Below are positions 52,426-61,942 of a stretch of 64,000 nt of DNA, piece by piece (positions within the stretch are counted from its first letter, which is position 1; each line of letters opens with the position of its first letter). The notes below the pieces were generated by a model. The model saw nothing but the letters and a program-made list of their open reading frames with translations, did not search any database and was not told where the DNA came from. The position numbers were made by a program, and so were the translations under genes. The DNA is taken from the NCBI GenBank assembly GCA_008690995.1, contig VRMN01000010.1, forward strand, positions 496,001 to 560,000. Reading direction: 5' to 3'. Source of the stretch: Porphyridium purpureum. Its lineage: Eukaryota.

Positions 52426-55400
52426 TCTGCGCCCAACACAAACCGCGCTATCTTTTCCCTTGTCACTCGGCACTATTCCAGTCACCCGGGCATGACCATA
52501 TTCATCAGTGGCAGAGCCCGGAGCACAGCCTCACGCATTCGCAGACGCACATGCGTACGCACTCCCTTTGGAATCCCACCACCACCTCAACTCCTGTGAG
52601 CAGCTTCAACTCGTTTAACGCTGTCAAAGTTAGTGGGAGCGTTTTCGGACGCCGTTTGGCAGCGCCGAAGTGGAGGATGGACACCGGTGTCGATGGAGAT
52701 GTCGCAATATCGGCGGGGTCGCAGCCAAAGGCGGCGGTAGAAGTGGAACATATGACGTCTTCATTCGAGCAGGGGCTGATGATTGCGGAAGTTATCGAAC
52801 AGGACAGACGGCGCGCCGTACTGTGGTACTTTCAAATCATGAATAATCGCTCCGTCCTGTTGTTTACTGCGTTTATCCTGACACTATGTGCTCTAGTGGT
52901 CATGGCGTGCGTGTCATTCGGAATCATTGCTGCCACAACAAAGGGCTCGGATGAGCATGTAGCCAGCGTCGCCCGCACCCTGAATGAAATTGAGAATGCG
53001 ATTATACTTGTTGTTCTGTCCTTGATTCTCGTCTCTACCATATCATACGGCATTATTGTGTTCTTTCTGCTTCCCCGGGATCGAAAACTACAGGACGCCT
53101 CCAGTCTGGCATCTTTGAATGGCATAGGTCAGTCGGACTCGTTGTCCTCGTCGCAAAATCTCAGTCTGCCTTCAGGAGTTCTTGTCGGAAGAGACTTTGA
53201 CTCCATCGAGGAGATGCACATTATTCAGTCCATGGTATGTGTGCTCGTTTTTATTGCTTCCGTCGCCTGCTTGGTTGGCTTTTCGCTGCTTCACGTGGTC
53301 GCCGGTTATTGGATACAGATAAGTGCGCCAGTATATGATGCCCTGATAAGCTCTCTCACCAACGCGTATTTTTACGTTTATGTGTGGGCGACCGCGGACC
53401 TGGCTGTCCTGGCTCTGGACCCAGATACGGGCTTGCAAATGTCGCTCAAGGAGTACTATCGCAAAGGAGGACCGCTGCGGCAGCACTCGAGCAATATGTT
53501 CGCCGCGACAGATTCGCTCGATTCCGTGGATGGTCAGTCTGCCAAGAGAAAGCGCGGAGAGCTAGGTGTCTTTGGGACGCTTTTCTGGGCGCTCATGTGG
53601 GACAAGGTGGTCTTTTTCGTGATTTTCAGCGCAGTCTTAATAACGCTGGAACTTGTGTTTCGTATCGACGCCCAACCTTTCTCGTGGCATGGTTGGATCG
53701 TACTTATCCGAGTGGCCATCGACTCGGACAGCGGCATAATTCTGAATGCAGGTCGAAAATCAGGTATCGCTTTGGCATGCGTGCTCAACATTTTTGGGCT
53801 TGCCGTTTACCTTGCAAAGGCATACAGTGCAGCGAGAATCCTGAAGAAGCAACCCTTTTTTGTGCACTCGAAGCGGACGCTGTATTTTCGTTTCACGTTT
53901 TTCGAAACCGTCAGTGTTTGGTTTGTGACGGTGTTCAGCATTATGTTCTTTCAAACGCTGATCATGCCTTTGACGGGGCCGGCCGGGTTGTTTCAGTACG
54001 ATCCTGCTACCGACATTCTGTACGTGACTAGCGGTCTGGGGGGTGGCTTGACGCTTTTGCCGTTGGCGATATGGGTTTTGTCCTTGACCATAATGTTTTT
54101 GCCCGCGACTTATCCAGGCGTGAAAAGTCTTTTCCGCTTCAAACGTGTTCCAGTAGAAGAAAGTTTGCAGGATGCAAACAAGCGAGCTCGTTTCACGCTC
54201 GATAACGGTGAATTGCTGCTGGGCACGGTGTCGGAGAAGGCTCAAGCTGCTTGTGAGCCGCATGTGTTTTGTTGGCGATACGCCGAATTAAGTTATAACT
54301 TTGCAAAGCTGGCGTACGCTCCCGTATCGTTAGGGCAGTTCGAGGGCACTCGCATGAATCCGACGCATGTGAGCTCCGCTGCAGTCCGGCAAACTGTACC
54401 TGCACACGAACAAGCAAAGGTGGCTCGATCAGAAGATCTGGATGCGCAGGAATCTCGCGTTTTGCCTGGTGCGCAAAGTTTGCAAATGGAGGATTCGGAA
54501 GACCCCCATGCATTGGTATACATGAAGTCGCGTATGGCACGCGCACTGAATAGTCGCCTGCACAAAAGGTCAGGGTTCGCCGTGGTTGCTGATATTGAGA
54601 ACCGAAACTCGGGCATTCGCGTCGTTGTCTTTCGTCACGGCGCGAATGATCAAGTTGCGATTGCATTCCGCGGCACAGTTTCGATGAAGGACCTCGAAAC
54701 GGACATTCAATCAAAAATGGGGGATCTTCTGAGCAAATGGGACACCAACGTAATCACTGCTGGAGGAGCAGTTCGCGCTTCATCATCATTACTGGATCAG
54801 CTTGTGCTAAGCCTAGAGAGAATACAGAATGACCACAAGTCCGACTCGAAAACGTCGGGCGTGGCGCCGGAACAGATTGAAGAAGTGCTGCGGAAGCTGC
54901 ATTCAGACAGATGGGTCGGTGTACACTCGGGGTTTCTTTGTGCATATTTGTCTGTTCGTTCTGTTTTAATGGACGCTTTGCTTCCTCTGCTCGCAGCCGG
55001 GCCTTTGCGCCCGGTGTTGATCTGCGGGCATTCGCTCGGTGGTGCACTAAGTGTGCTCCTGGCGTTCGACCTGATGGTGTGCCAGCTGATACCTGCCGGT
55101 TCCCTGTACTGCATGACCTTTGGTAGCCCCAAATTAGGCTCGCCGCTCTTCGCACAGGCGATGCGTGTGTTGCTGCCAAACATGTTCCGCGTGGTGTTTG
55201 TGGGGGACCCGGTGACCAAGATTCCCAGACGCGATTTCATGGGGCTGCTGGGCAAGAAGTTTTCGCACACCGGGCACCTCGTGCTCATTTCGCAAAACGG
55301 CGCGCTTCTGTTGACCCCAAGTATTGTGGAGAAGGTGTTCACCCACCGCGTGTCGTTTGACATCAACCGGCATCGCATGGCGACGTACGCGCAGGGCTTG

Positions 55401-55479
55401 AACGCATTTGCGTCCTCTTTCGGCAGCTCGTTTGACGTCTGGACACACACGTTCAACGACGTGGTCGAAGAAGACGAAC
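49473..55479. repeat. Near-identical inverted tract: ~49473-49982 versus ~54970-55479
   Basis: ~510 bp of almost perfect reverse-complement identity restricted to the lipase C-terminus. Confidence 0.9.
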
Positions 55480-55517
55480 GTAGCGTATCAGCACTGAAGC
55501 TCGTACATCACGTTTGA
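52551..55517 (+). CDS. Multi-pass membrane protein with C-terminal class 3 lipase domain, copy B
   Basis: Collinear paralog of copy A; start may be ATG 52551 or 52677. Confidence 0.88.
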   Translation: MRTHSLWNPTTTSTPVSSFNSFNAVKVSGSVFGRRLAAPKWRMDTGVDGDVAISAGSQPKAAVEVEHMTSSFEQGLMIAEVIEQDRRRAVLWYFQIMNNRSVLLFTAFILTLCALVVMACVSFGIIAATTKGSDEHVASVARTLNEIENAIILVVLSLILVSTISYGIIVFFLLPRDRKLQDASSLASLNGIGQSDSLSSSQNLSLPSGVLVGRDFDSIEEMHIIQSMVCVLVFIASVACLVGFSLLHVVAGYWIQISAPVYDALISSLTNAYFYVYVWATADLAVLALDPDTGLQMSLKEYYRKGGPLRQHSSNMFAATDSLDSVDGQSAKRKRGELGVFGTLFWALMWDKVVFFVIFSAVLITLELVFRIDAQPFSWHGWIVLIRVAIDSDSGIILNAGRKSGIALACVLNIFGLAVYLAKAYSAARILKKQPFFVHSKRTLYFRFTFFETVSVWFVTVFSIMFFQTLIMPLTGPAGLFQYDPATDILYVTSGLGGGLTLLPLAIWVLSLTIMFLPATYPGVKSLFRFKRVPVEESLQDANKRARFTLDNGELLLGTVSEKAQAACEPHVFCWRYAELSYNFAKLAYAPVSLGQFEGTRMNPTHVSSAAVRQTVPAHEQAKVARSEDLDAQESRVLPGAQSLQMEDSEDPHALVYMKSRMARALNSRLHKRSGFAVVADIENRNSGIRVVVFRHGANDQVAIAFRGTVSMKDLETDIQSKMGDLLSKWDTNVITAGGAVRASSSLLDQLVLSLERIQNDHKSDSKTSGVAPEQIEEVLRKLHSDRWVGVHSGFLCAYLSVRSVLMDALLPLLAAGPLRPVLICGHSLGGALSVLLAFDLMVCQLIPAGSLYCMTFGSPKLGSPLFAQAMRVLLPNMFRVVFVGDPVTKIPRRDFMGLLGKKFSHTGHLVLISQNGALLLTPSIVEKVFTHRVSFDINRHRMATYAQGLNAFASSFGSSFDVWTHTFNDVVEEDERSVSALKLVHHV

Positions 55518-56801
55518 GTGAGTCAGCACAGAAAGCTGATGATCAAGAACGGTGCTGTCTTTGACTTGCTGGCACGTGAGTCCAACAATGCGCTCGTCCG
55601 TCCGCTTCGTGAGCACGCGATTATCATTCAAGACCAACGACCCAGACTGCATAGCCTGTGCTCCACCCAAACTCCACGAAAGATTGAAGGCCTTTCTGTT
55701 TGCAGGATCTGCGCCCGAGTCTGATGGGTCCAATCTGTCCTGCAGCTTTTGACCCTCGTTCTCAATGTTTGCAGCGATGTCTTGTCTTAAACGTGCCGCA
55801 TTTTGAACATCCCAAGCTCCAAGCGCAAGCTCATTATGCGCGCCGGCGACAAGCACTACATCTGGCGTTGACGATGCACTATCGCATGGACCTCTGGAGA
55901 TTTGCCGCAACCACGTAATATCATGCTGAACACATGACGCCCAGCGGCTGAGAACGCCTCGAGTATTGCGTGAGTCATAGAGCAACGCCTCTCGCTGCTC
56001 GCCGCCCACCATAATTCTGTGCCCGTCGGTGCCGGACGAGTCCACAGCATATAAAGCACATCCAAACGTCCCAAAACCGTTGGGCGCTTCCCGACTGACC
56101 ATTCCTTTCCGCTCGGCGACGCGCAAGTCCCACTGTGACCATGCAGCGCCTTCCAGCACAACCAGCACATTGCTCCCGCTGCCATGATTGACAAACTGCG
56201 CGTCACCGGACGGCAGTGCGAGAGGGAACAGCACACGGATTATCTGTGCAGATCCATCCGTGATACTAACACATCCTGCCGCCCGATTCGCAACCACCGC
56301 ACGGGTCTCTGAGCACGCCGTCGCATTTCCATGCAGCGACACAAAGCTCGGGCTGTGTGTTTCCACGAGCCGCCCAAACGAGCTCGGGTTACAGCACACG
56401 ATCTCAACGTTTCTGGCATAGATGTCTACGTCCGAAGCCGTCGACGGGTCCAGCTGTAGCTCCTCGGCACGAATCCACGCAAGAACAAGAAACCCGAACT
56501 CGTCTGTGACGCCCAGAAGCCACGCATCCGGACACTTCTGTGTTCTGGGCTCGCCGTTGGGAATGACACACAGCGCAGCAATCTCTCCGCGCATCGGCGG
56601 CACGCTTTCAATCTTTCGCCACGACGCATCAACCCGCGCGTGGCTCAAAAAGTAGCAATGCCGACCGGATCCCAAAATGAACCCGCGCTCAATGCGCGCG
56701 AGACGCCGCGGCAAGATTCCACCGCTAGATATGCGCGGCGTGGCAGCACCACTGCCACTTGGCGCGCCGAAACGCAACTCACGGCGCTGCACTGCCAACA
56801 T
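55488..56801 (-). CDS. Probable WD40/beta-propeller protein of unknown function
   Basis: 437-aa ORF with WDLR, LYDSR and AWDV endings and beta-rich segments. Confidence 0.6.
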   Translation of the reverse strand: MLAVQRRELRFGAPSGSGAATPRISSGGILPRRLARIERGFILGSGRHCYFLSHARVDASWRKIESVPPMRGEIAALCVIPNGEPRTQKCPDAWLLGVTDEFGFLVLAWIRAEELQLDPSTASDVDIYARNVEIVCCNPSSFGRLVETHSPSFVSLHGNATACSETRAVVANRAAGCVSITDGSAQIIRVLFPLALPSGDAQFVNHGSGSNVLVVLEGAAWSQWDLRVAERKGMVSREAPNGFGTFGCALYAVDSSGTDGHRIMVGGEQREALLYDSRNTRGVLSRWASCVQHDITWLRQISRGPCDSASSTPDVVLVAGAHNELALGAWDVQNAARLRQDIAANIENEGQKLQDRLDPSDSGADPANRKAFNLSWSLGGAQAMQSGSLVLNDNRVLTKRTDERIVGLTCQQVKDSTVLDHQLSVLTHSNVMYELQC

Positions 56802-56828
56802 CCTTCCGATTTATCTTATTTTATCAAG

Positions 56829-59800
56829 CTACTCGAAGAAAGAGCTACGACCCTGCTCTTCACGACCTTGCGCGTCGAGGAGGAACACTAAATCGTCGAC
56901 GGACAACGCATTGTTCCCGCGCCCATCGCTGACCTTGTTATCCATCACACCTAGCATCACGGAACGCTTGCGCTCTTGCAGGGAGATGATTTTGTCCTCG
57001 ACCGTGCTTTGGACTTTGAACTTGACCACCTCGACGCGTTGTTTCTGACCGATGCGGTGAGTGCGGTCAATGGCCTGCTCCTCGACAGCGGGGTTCCACC
57101 ACGAGTCCAGCAGATATACGCGCGATGCCTCGACGAGGTTGAGCCCGGCGCCACACGCTTTGAGCGAGAGAAGCATGACCGGGATCGGTCCAGATTTAAA
57201 TATTCTGATCGCCTTCTCGCGCTCTGTCAGCGACATACTGCCGACAATGAGGCAGTATGGAATGTGCGCGGCGTCGAGCGCCGGGCGAAGTAGGTCCAGG
57301 AAGCTTGTCCACTGCGAAAAGACAAGCGACTTGGTGCCCTGCTCTGCGTTTTGGAGGTCCGCGATCAGCGCTCGGGTCTTTGCAGAAACCACGCTGCGCA
57401 AGTTCTTGCCTCTGCTCCCCAAATCTTCATCTTCCCTGGCTGCCGCACCGTTCGCTCCAGAAGCTGCTTTGTTCATGTCCGAGAAAACCATTACTTCATC
57501 CCGTAACGCGTGCAATGGCAGTGTGGCTGTGTGCCCATGCACCACTGGCGCCTGACAATCTGCACATGCGGAACCCACATGCATGGCCCCGTTTCTTACG
57601 CAACTGGTACACAACAAATGCCCGCAGGGAGTCACACGACCCACGTCCTCCGCAGTAAAATCAATGCCCTGGGACTCAAAACTGACGCGTCGACTGCACG
57701 CGCTGCATGCAATGTTCTCTTCGTACGAAAAAAGCAGCGATTCGCCGTACCTGCTCAGAAACGCAGCTTGAGCGCTGGAGTCAGCAAATCGGTGAAGAAA
57801 GGCCGAGCCGTCCGCAAGCCGCGCTTCAATCTCAATTCGCTTGTCTTTCGAAATGCCGCGGTAACGGTCGGCCACGAGCCAAGGATGGCAGCACGCTTGC
57901 CGTAAATTCAGCAGCATCACCAGGACATGTGCATAATTATGTCGAATGTACTCTGCGCCTTTTTTCATCAGCTTTGCATAGTCATTTCGCGACCGCAGCC
58001 TTTCGTAGAACTCTCGTTCCTCATCACCAAAGTCCACCGACACGACGCGTACCTCCCGCGGCGGGAGGTTGAGGATAGGGAGTCCTGTTTCAGGATCCTT
58101 GTCGCTTTTCGAGCGCCTCAGACAAATAGGTCCCAGCAGATGCTGAACTTTTCGGATGCCGTGCAGCCGGAAGCGCATGTCCGCCGATTCAAACAAAGCG
58201 TGGTAGTTTCGTTTCCACTCTGCAAACGACACTGCGTCTGGGATCTCAACACGTAAAAAGTGAAGCAAGCTCCACAAATCATCGACATTGTTCTGCAGAG
58301 GCGTGCCTGTCAGGCACCACCGATGCGCGGCCTTGACATTGAAGCAAGCCTTAGCATATTTGGTGAGACGGTTTTTGATCGATTGCGCTTCATCCAGAAT
58401 AATGCGACACCATTTCATGTGATATAGTCGCGAACTTTGACCGCCGTCATCGCCCCACTCGCTCGCCAAAGTGCTGTAGGTCGTCAACACAAAATCTGCC
58501 TTCCGCAGACGTTGCATCGTGAAATGCTTGCGCTCGGGGCCGTGAAAAGTAAGTGTCAAAACACGGCGCGGTCGACCCTCGAGCTTGCTCTCAATCTCCA
58601 TGCTCCATTGCGGAAGAACGGCCAGCGGGCAAACAATCAGTGTCGGCCCCTGCTGGCCCGTATGCGTGGCTGCGACGAGCCCGAGCGTGGATACTGTTTT
58701 GCCGAGTCCCTGGTCATCTGCCAAGATCCCACCACGCGGGAACGAACCCAGCTCGCGTTGATGCATCCACTCCACCGCAACCTTTTGATGCTTCATGAGC
58801 TCCACTTTGAGCTTTAGCGTGTTTCGCGAGTCCACGTTCATCAAAGCGAACAAAGGAGACTTCTTGGATGACATTTCGAGAGGAGATACAATTTCGATGT
58901 CCGATTCATCGCCATGCAGACCAAGCCCTGGCGCTGGCGGGGGTGTCTGGGCTGACGCAATTACACAGTCGACGATTTCTAGGTCAGATGAGCTATCCTT
59001 GTCGTGTGCATCTGCTCTACCCCCAGCATCATCAACCATGTCCTCAGCGTCGCTCGTTGCGATGCTTTCTTCGAATTCATCCTCTCCATTCTCGTCCTCG
59101 GCGTCGTCAATAATTCCATCCCAGTCACCAGCGCTCTCATCGTCCACGCATCCACGCACGGGGTCACAATCCATGTCTAGATCAATGACTTCTGAAGCTG
59201 ACGCGTTTGCCCGCTTGGCCCGTTTGGATGCGGATTCCATGGATATACTTTCTGACCCGCGCTCCTCGTCGCCGTCTCTCACTCTGAGCTCGCCGACTCG
59301 CTGTCCCTCGCCAGGCTGGACGAATTTGAGCGCCAGGTTTGTTTGTGACAAGCCAGATGCATTATCATCACGGCCTAAGACATCTTTGTTTACACACGGC
59401 AGCGGGGCCGCAGACACAGTCGCGCGAGTTCGCTGGTCAAGCAGCCAGGCGAATTCGTCGTCGTCCTGAACGCGAACCGTCAACCCATCCATAAACCTCT
59501 CCGCATCAAACCCTGACGGAGGCGCGCACGGCAGACTCCCCTCATCAGCTTCCGCTCCTACCTCCTGTGGCGCCTCCGCACTCACGCCACTTGCCTCCAT
59601 GTTTGAACCTACAACGTTCAGGAGCGCCGGCGACTTGTGCGACTGTCGATGAGCATCACCTAAGGCGTTTACGTTCCGTCGCGACAACGCATCCGCATCC
59701 GCATCCACAGTCACCGCACCACGCTCACAAACACCAGCCGTCGCGACGCCACGCTCCTCAACCATCGGTATCGTGCTCATACAATATACTGCATATACAC

Positions 59801-59876
59801 TGTGTCCTTCACTTGCTCCACAGTGCCACAACCTGATGTTCTTCCACTCACACGCACCACATCCCCTCCCCTTCAT
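56829..59876 (-). CDS. SNF2-family ATPase with RING insertion (RAD5/RAD16/Ris1-like)
   Basis: GGILADDQGLGKT, LDEAQ, LTGTPLQN, LRQACCHP, CxxC...CGH..CxxC...CxxC, FSQW, WWNPAVEEQAIDRTHRIGQ; SIM-like VIDLD/IEIV motifs in the N-terminus. Start uncertain. Confidence 0.93.
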   Translation of the reverse strand: MKGRGCGACEWKNIRLWHCGASEGHSVYAVYCMSTIPMVEERGVATAGVCERGAVTVDADADALSRRNVNALGDAHRQSHKSPALLNVVGSNMEASGVSAEAPQEVGAEADEGSLPCAPPSGFDAERFMDGLTVRVQDDDEFAWLLDQRTRATVSAAPLPCVNKDVLGRDDNASGLSQTNLALKFVQPGEGQRVGELRVRDGDEERGSESISMESASKRAKRANASASEVIDLDMDCDPVRGCVDDESAGDWDGIIDDAEDENGEDEFEESIATSDAEDMVDDAGGRADAHDKDSSSDLEIVDCVIASAQTPPPAPGLGLHGDESDIEIVSPLEMSSKKSPLFALMNVDSRNTLKLKVELMKHQKVAVEWMHQRELGSFPRGGILADDQGLGKTVSTLGLVAATHTGQQGPTLIVCPLAVLPQWSMEIESKLEGRPRRVLTLTFHGPERKHFTMQRLRKADFVLTTYSTLASEWGDDGGQSSRLYHMKWCRIILDEAQSIKNRLTKYAKACFNVKAAHRWCLTGTPLQNNVDDLWSLLHFLRVEIPDAVSFAEWKRNYHALFESADMRFRLHGIRKVQHLLGPICLRRSKSDKDPETGLPILNLPPREVRVVSVDFGDEEREFYERLRSRNDYAKLMKKGAEYIRHNYAHVLVMLLNLRQACCHPWLVADRYRGISKDKRIEIEARLADGSAFLHRFADSSAQAAFLSRYGESLLFSYEENIACSACSRRVSFESQGIDFTAEDVGRVTPCGHLLCTSCVRNGAMHVGSACADCQAPVVHGHTATLPLHALRDEVMVFSDMNKAASGANGAAAREDEDLGSRGKNLRSVVSAKTRALIADLQNAEQGTKSLVFSQWTSFLDLLRPALDAAHIPYCLIVGSMSLTEREKAIRIFKSGPIPVMLLSLKACGAGLNLVEASRVYLLDSWWNPAVEEQAIDRTHRIGQKQRVEVVKFKVQSTVEDKIISLQERKRSVMLGVMDNKVSDGRGNNALSVDDLVFLLDAQGREEQGRSSFFE

Positions 59877-61555
59877 TCCAGTCACGTCCAGCGCGCGCGC
59901 GTCAACGACCTTCTCCGGTTTATCGGTCTATTGGTTTCTCTCCAGTGGTTCGAACCGGTTTCTCTCATAAACCGTTTCAAATCGTCGACTTCGATGTGCC
60001 GGTAAGAACTTGGTGCAGTCGCCTCGAGGCGCTGGTGTGAATCGGCAAGACAAAGCCGACCAGGAGCCGCCGCCACTGAGGGCGCGGCGAGCGCGGGACA
60101 CCGATGGAATGCAATCGTAGCGTTTGATGGCAAGTGGAAGAAGGCTCTGGTGGTGCGCGCCAGCGGGACCCGTGAAATGACACCTATGCGGGGTTGCCTC
60201 CAGCAATTGTAAGACGCGGCCATGTGAAATCTGGACTGTTGCTGGGCAATGTGGGTCGCACGGACGGGAATCGCAGCTTTTCGTTGAGGGCCTTCTTCGG
60301 CGTATCGTGAAAAGGTTCTTCTTGATCTACGCTAAAGTGGAGCGCAAAACGGAAGATGAAACATCTTCATTATCCCGAGAAGGCCGCTCGTGTGGTATGT
60401 GTCAGCAGGCGCCTCGCATCAGCGGTTGGGCACAGAATTATCGGACCCGCTGCGTGTTTTATACTTTGCAGCAAATCAAACGACAAATGTACAGACCCTC
60501 TGAATGTCCGCGCCATGTACAAATCGTGCGAGTGCAGCGCATCTCCGTGCGCGGCTCGCCAAGATAGGTTGGTCGTTTCGGGCCTGGAGCACTCACAGAA
60601 AGACCCGGTCGGGCGTCGAGGTTATCAGTCGGCGACCACTTTCACTTTGTTTGCAGTTCACAACGTGTTGCCGAAGAACGATGAGAAAGGGCCATACTCG
60701 CATAGAAAGACTTCCACGATTGTGCATGTACACCTGTTCCACGGGCCCAGGAGGAGGGCCGGTGGTGTTCTGTCGCTCACCAGTGTTCACGACCATTGAA
60801 TGGCCTTTGAAGATGATCTCCAGTCGTCATCTATCAAAGTGAAGCCATCTTACACATGCTGAGGCTGCCCAAAAGTCAAGCTTTTCTGAGTTGCACGCAA
60901 GATGAGAACGCCTGTCCTTGGATGCAGGATGCCTGTACTTTGTTCGATCCTTGAGCACAAGCTGAGAGGAGGAGCGTTCCGCGCACATTTTCCGACATGG
61001 CACGGTTCTCAATTCGTACCACGTCGACGGCCAACTCCTGCAGCGAGACGTCCACTTGCAAAGTCCCGCTCAATCTTTGCAAGAAATCACCTGCTTAACC
61101 TTGGAAATGACAGCAGCCTTCGCCCGCTTGCTGTAGTTCTCCCGCCGCGAGTGTCGCGTGCGATATTGGTTCTTGTCTGGTGTGCCGAGGCGACGGTGCT
61201 ATTCTGGATCCCACTTCAGACACACTGCTACAAGGCCTCGACGGGATCGTACCATGTCGCGTCAAACCTTACTCCGTGCTGCGAGCCGTGTCGTGCCTCG
61301 AGATAAATCACACGCGGCAACTCTTGTTTAACGTTAAAGTATGATTAAAAAAGGGAGAGGACGCGCGGTATTGAAAAGGAGTCGGATTTGATAGAAGGGT
61401 GTACAGTTATTGCAACTGGAGTACAGTGTCGTTGTTGGAGGAGGAAGATTTGATCGAGTCGGGGAGAAGAGGGAGGAGGGGAGGGAGAAAGCGGGCAGAG
61501 AGCGGAGAGCGTCGGGGGTGAGCGTGGAACTGCTGGGGCACGGAAGCGCGGGCAG

Positions 61556-61877
61556 CGAGCTTGATTCATTGAGCTTCGAGCATTGTGCTTGTGGCATTGA
61601 ACTTGGGGCAGTCAACTGGCAGCAGTGTACTGGGAACACTGAGCTTGGAGCAGTGAGCTTGGAACACTGGGCTTGGAGCAGTGAGCTTGGAACACTGGGC
61701 TTGGAGCAGTGAACTGGGAGCACAGAGGATTGGGCATTGAACTGGGAAAGCCGAGCCTGGAGCAGTGAACTGGGAAGCACTGAGCTTGGAGCATTGTGCT
61801 GGGAACTCGGAGCTTCGAGCATTGAGACCACTGAGCTTGGAGCATTGAACTTCGAGCAGTGGGCAGTGGGCATTGGG
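61556..61877 (+). repeat. Degenerate 14-bp minisatellite with a local 28-bp higher-order unit
   Basis: Unit ~TGAGCTTGGAGCA(G/C/T); exact 28-mer repeats (gcttggagcagtgagcttggaacactgg) around 61643-61710. Confidence 0.85.
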
Positions 61878-61942
61878 CATCGGGTGGAAGAATCAAGGTG
61901 GGTAGCTGAGTTTTTGTGCGTGTCTCGATGGTGTAGGGGAAG

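Noticed and set aside
60300..61310. Fragmentary ORFs including a VHVHL (HUH-like) stretch
   Set aside because: No accompanying catalytic Tyr motif, helicase or terminal structures; insufficient to call a mobile element.
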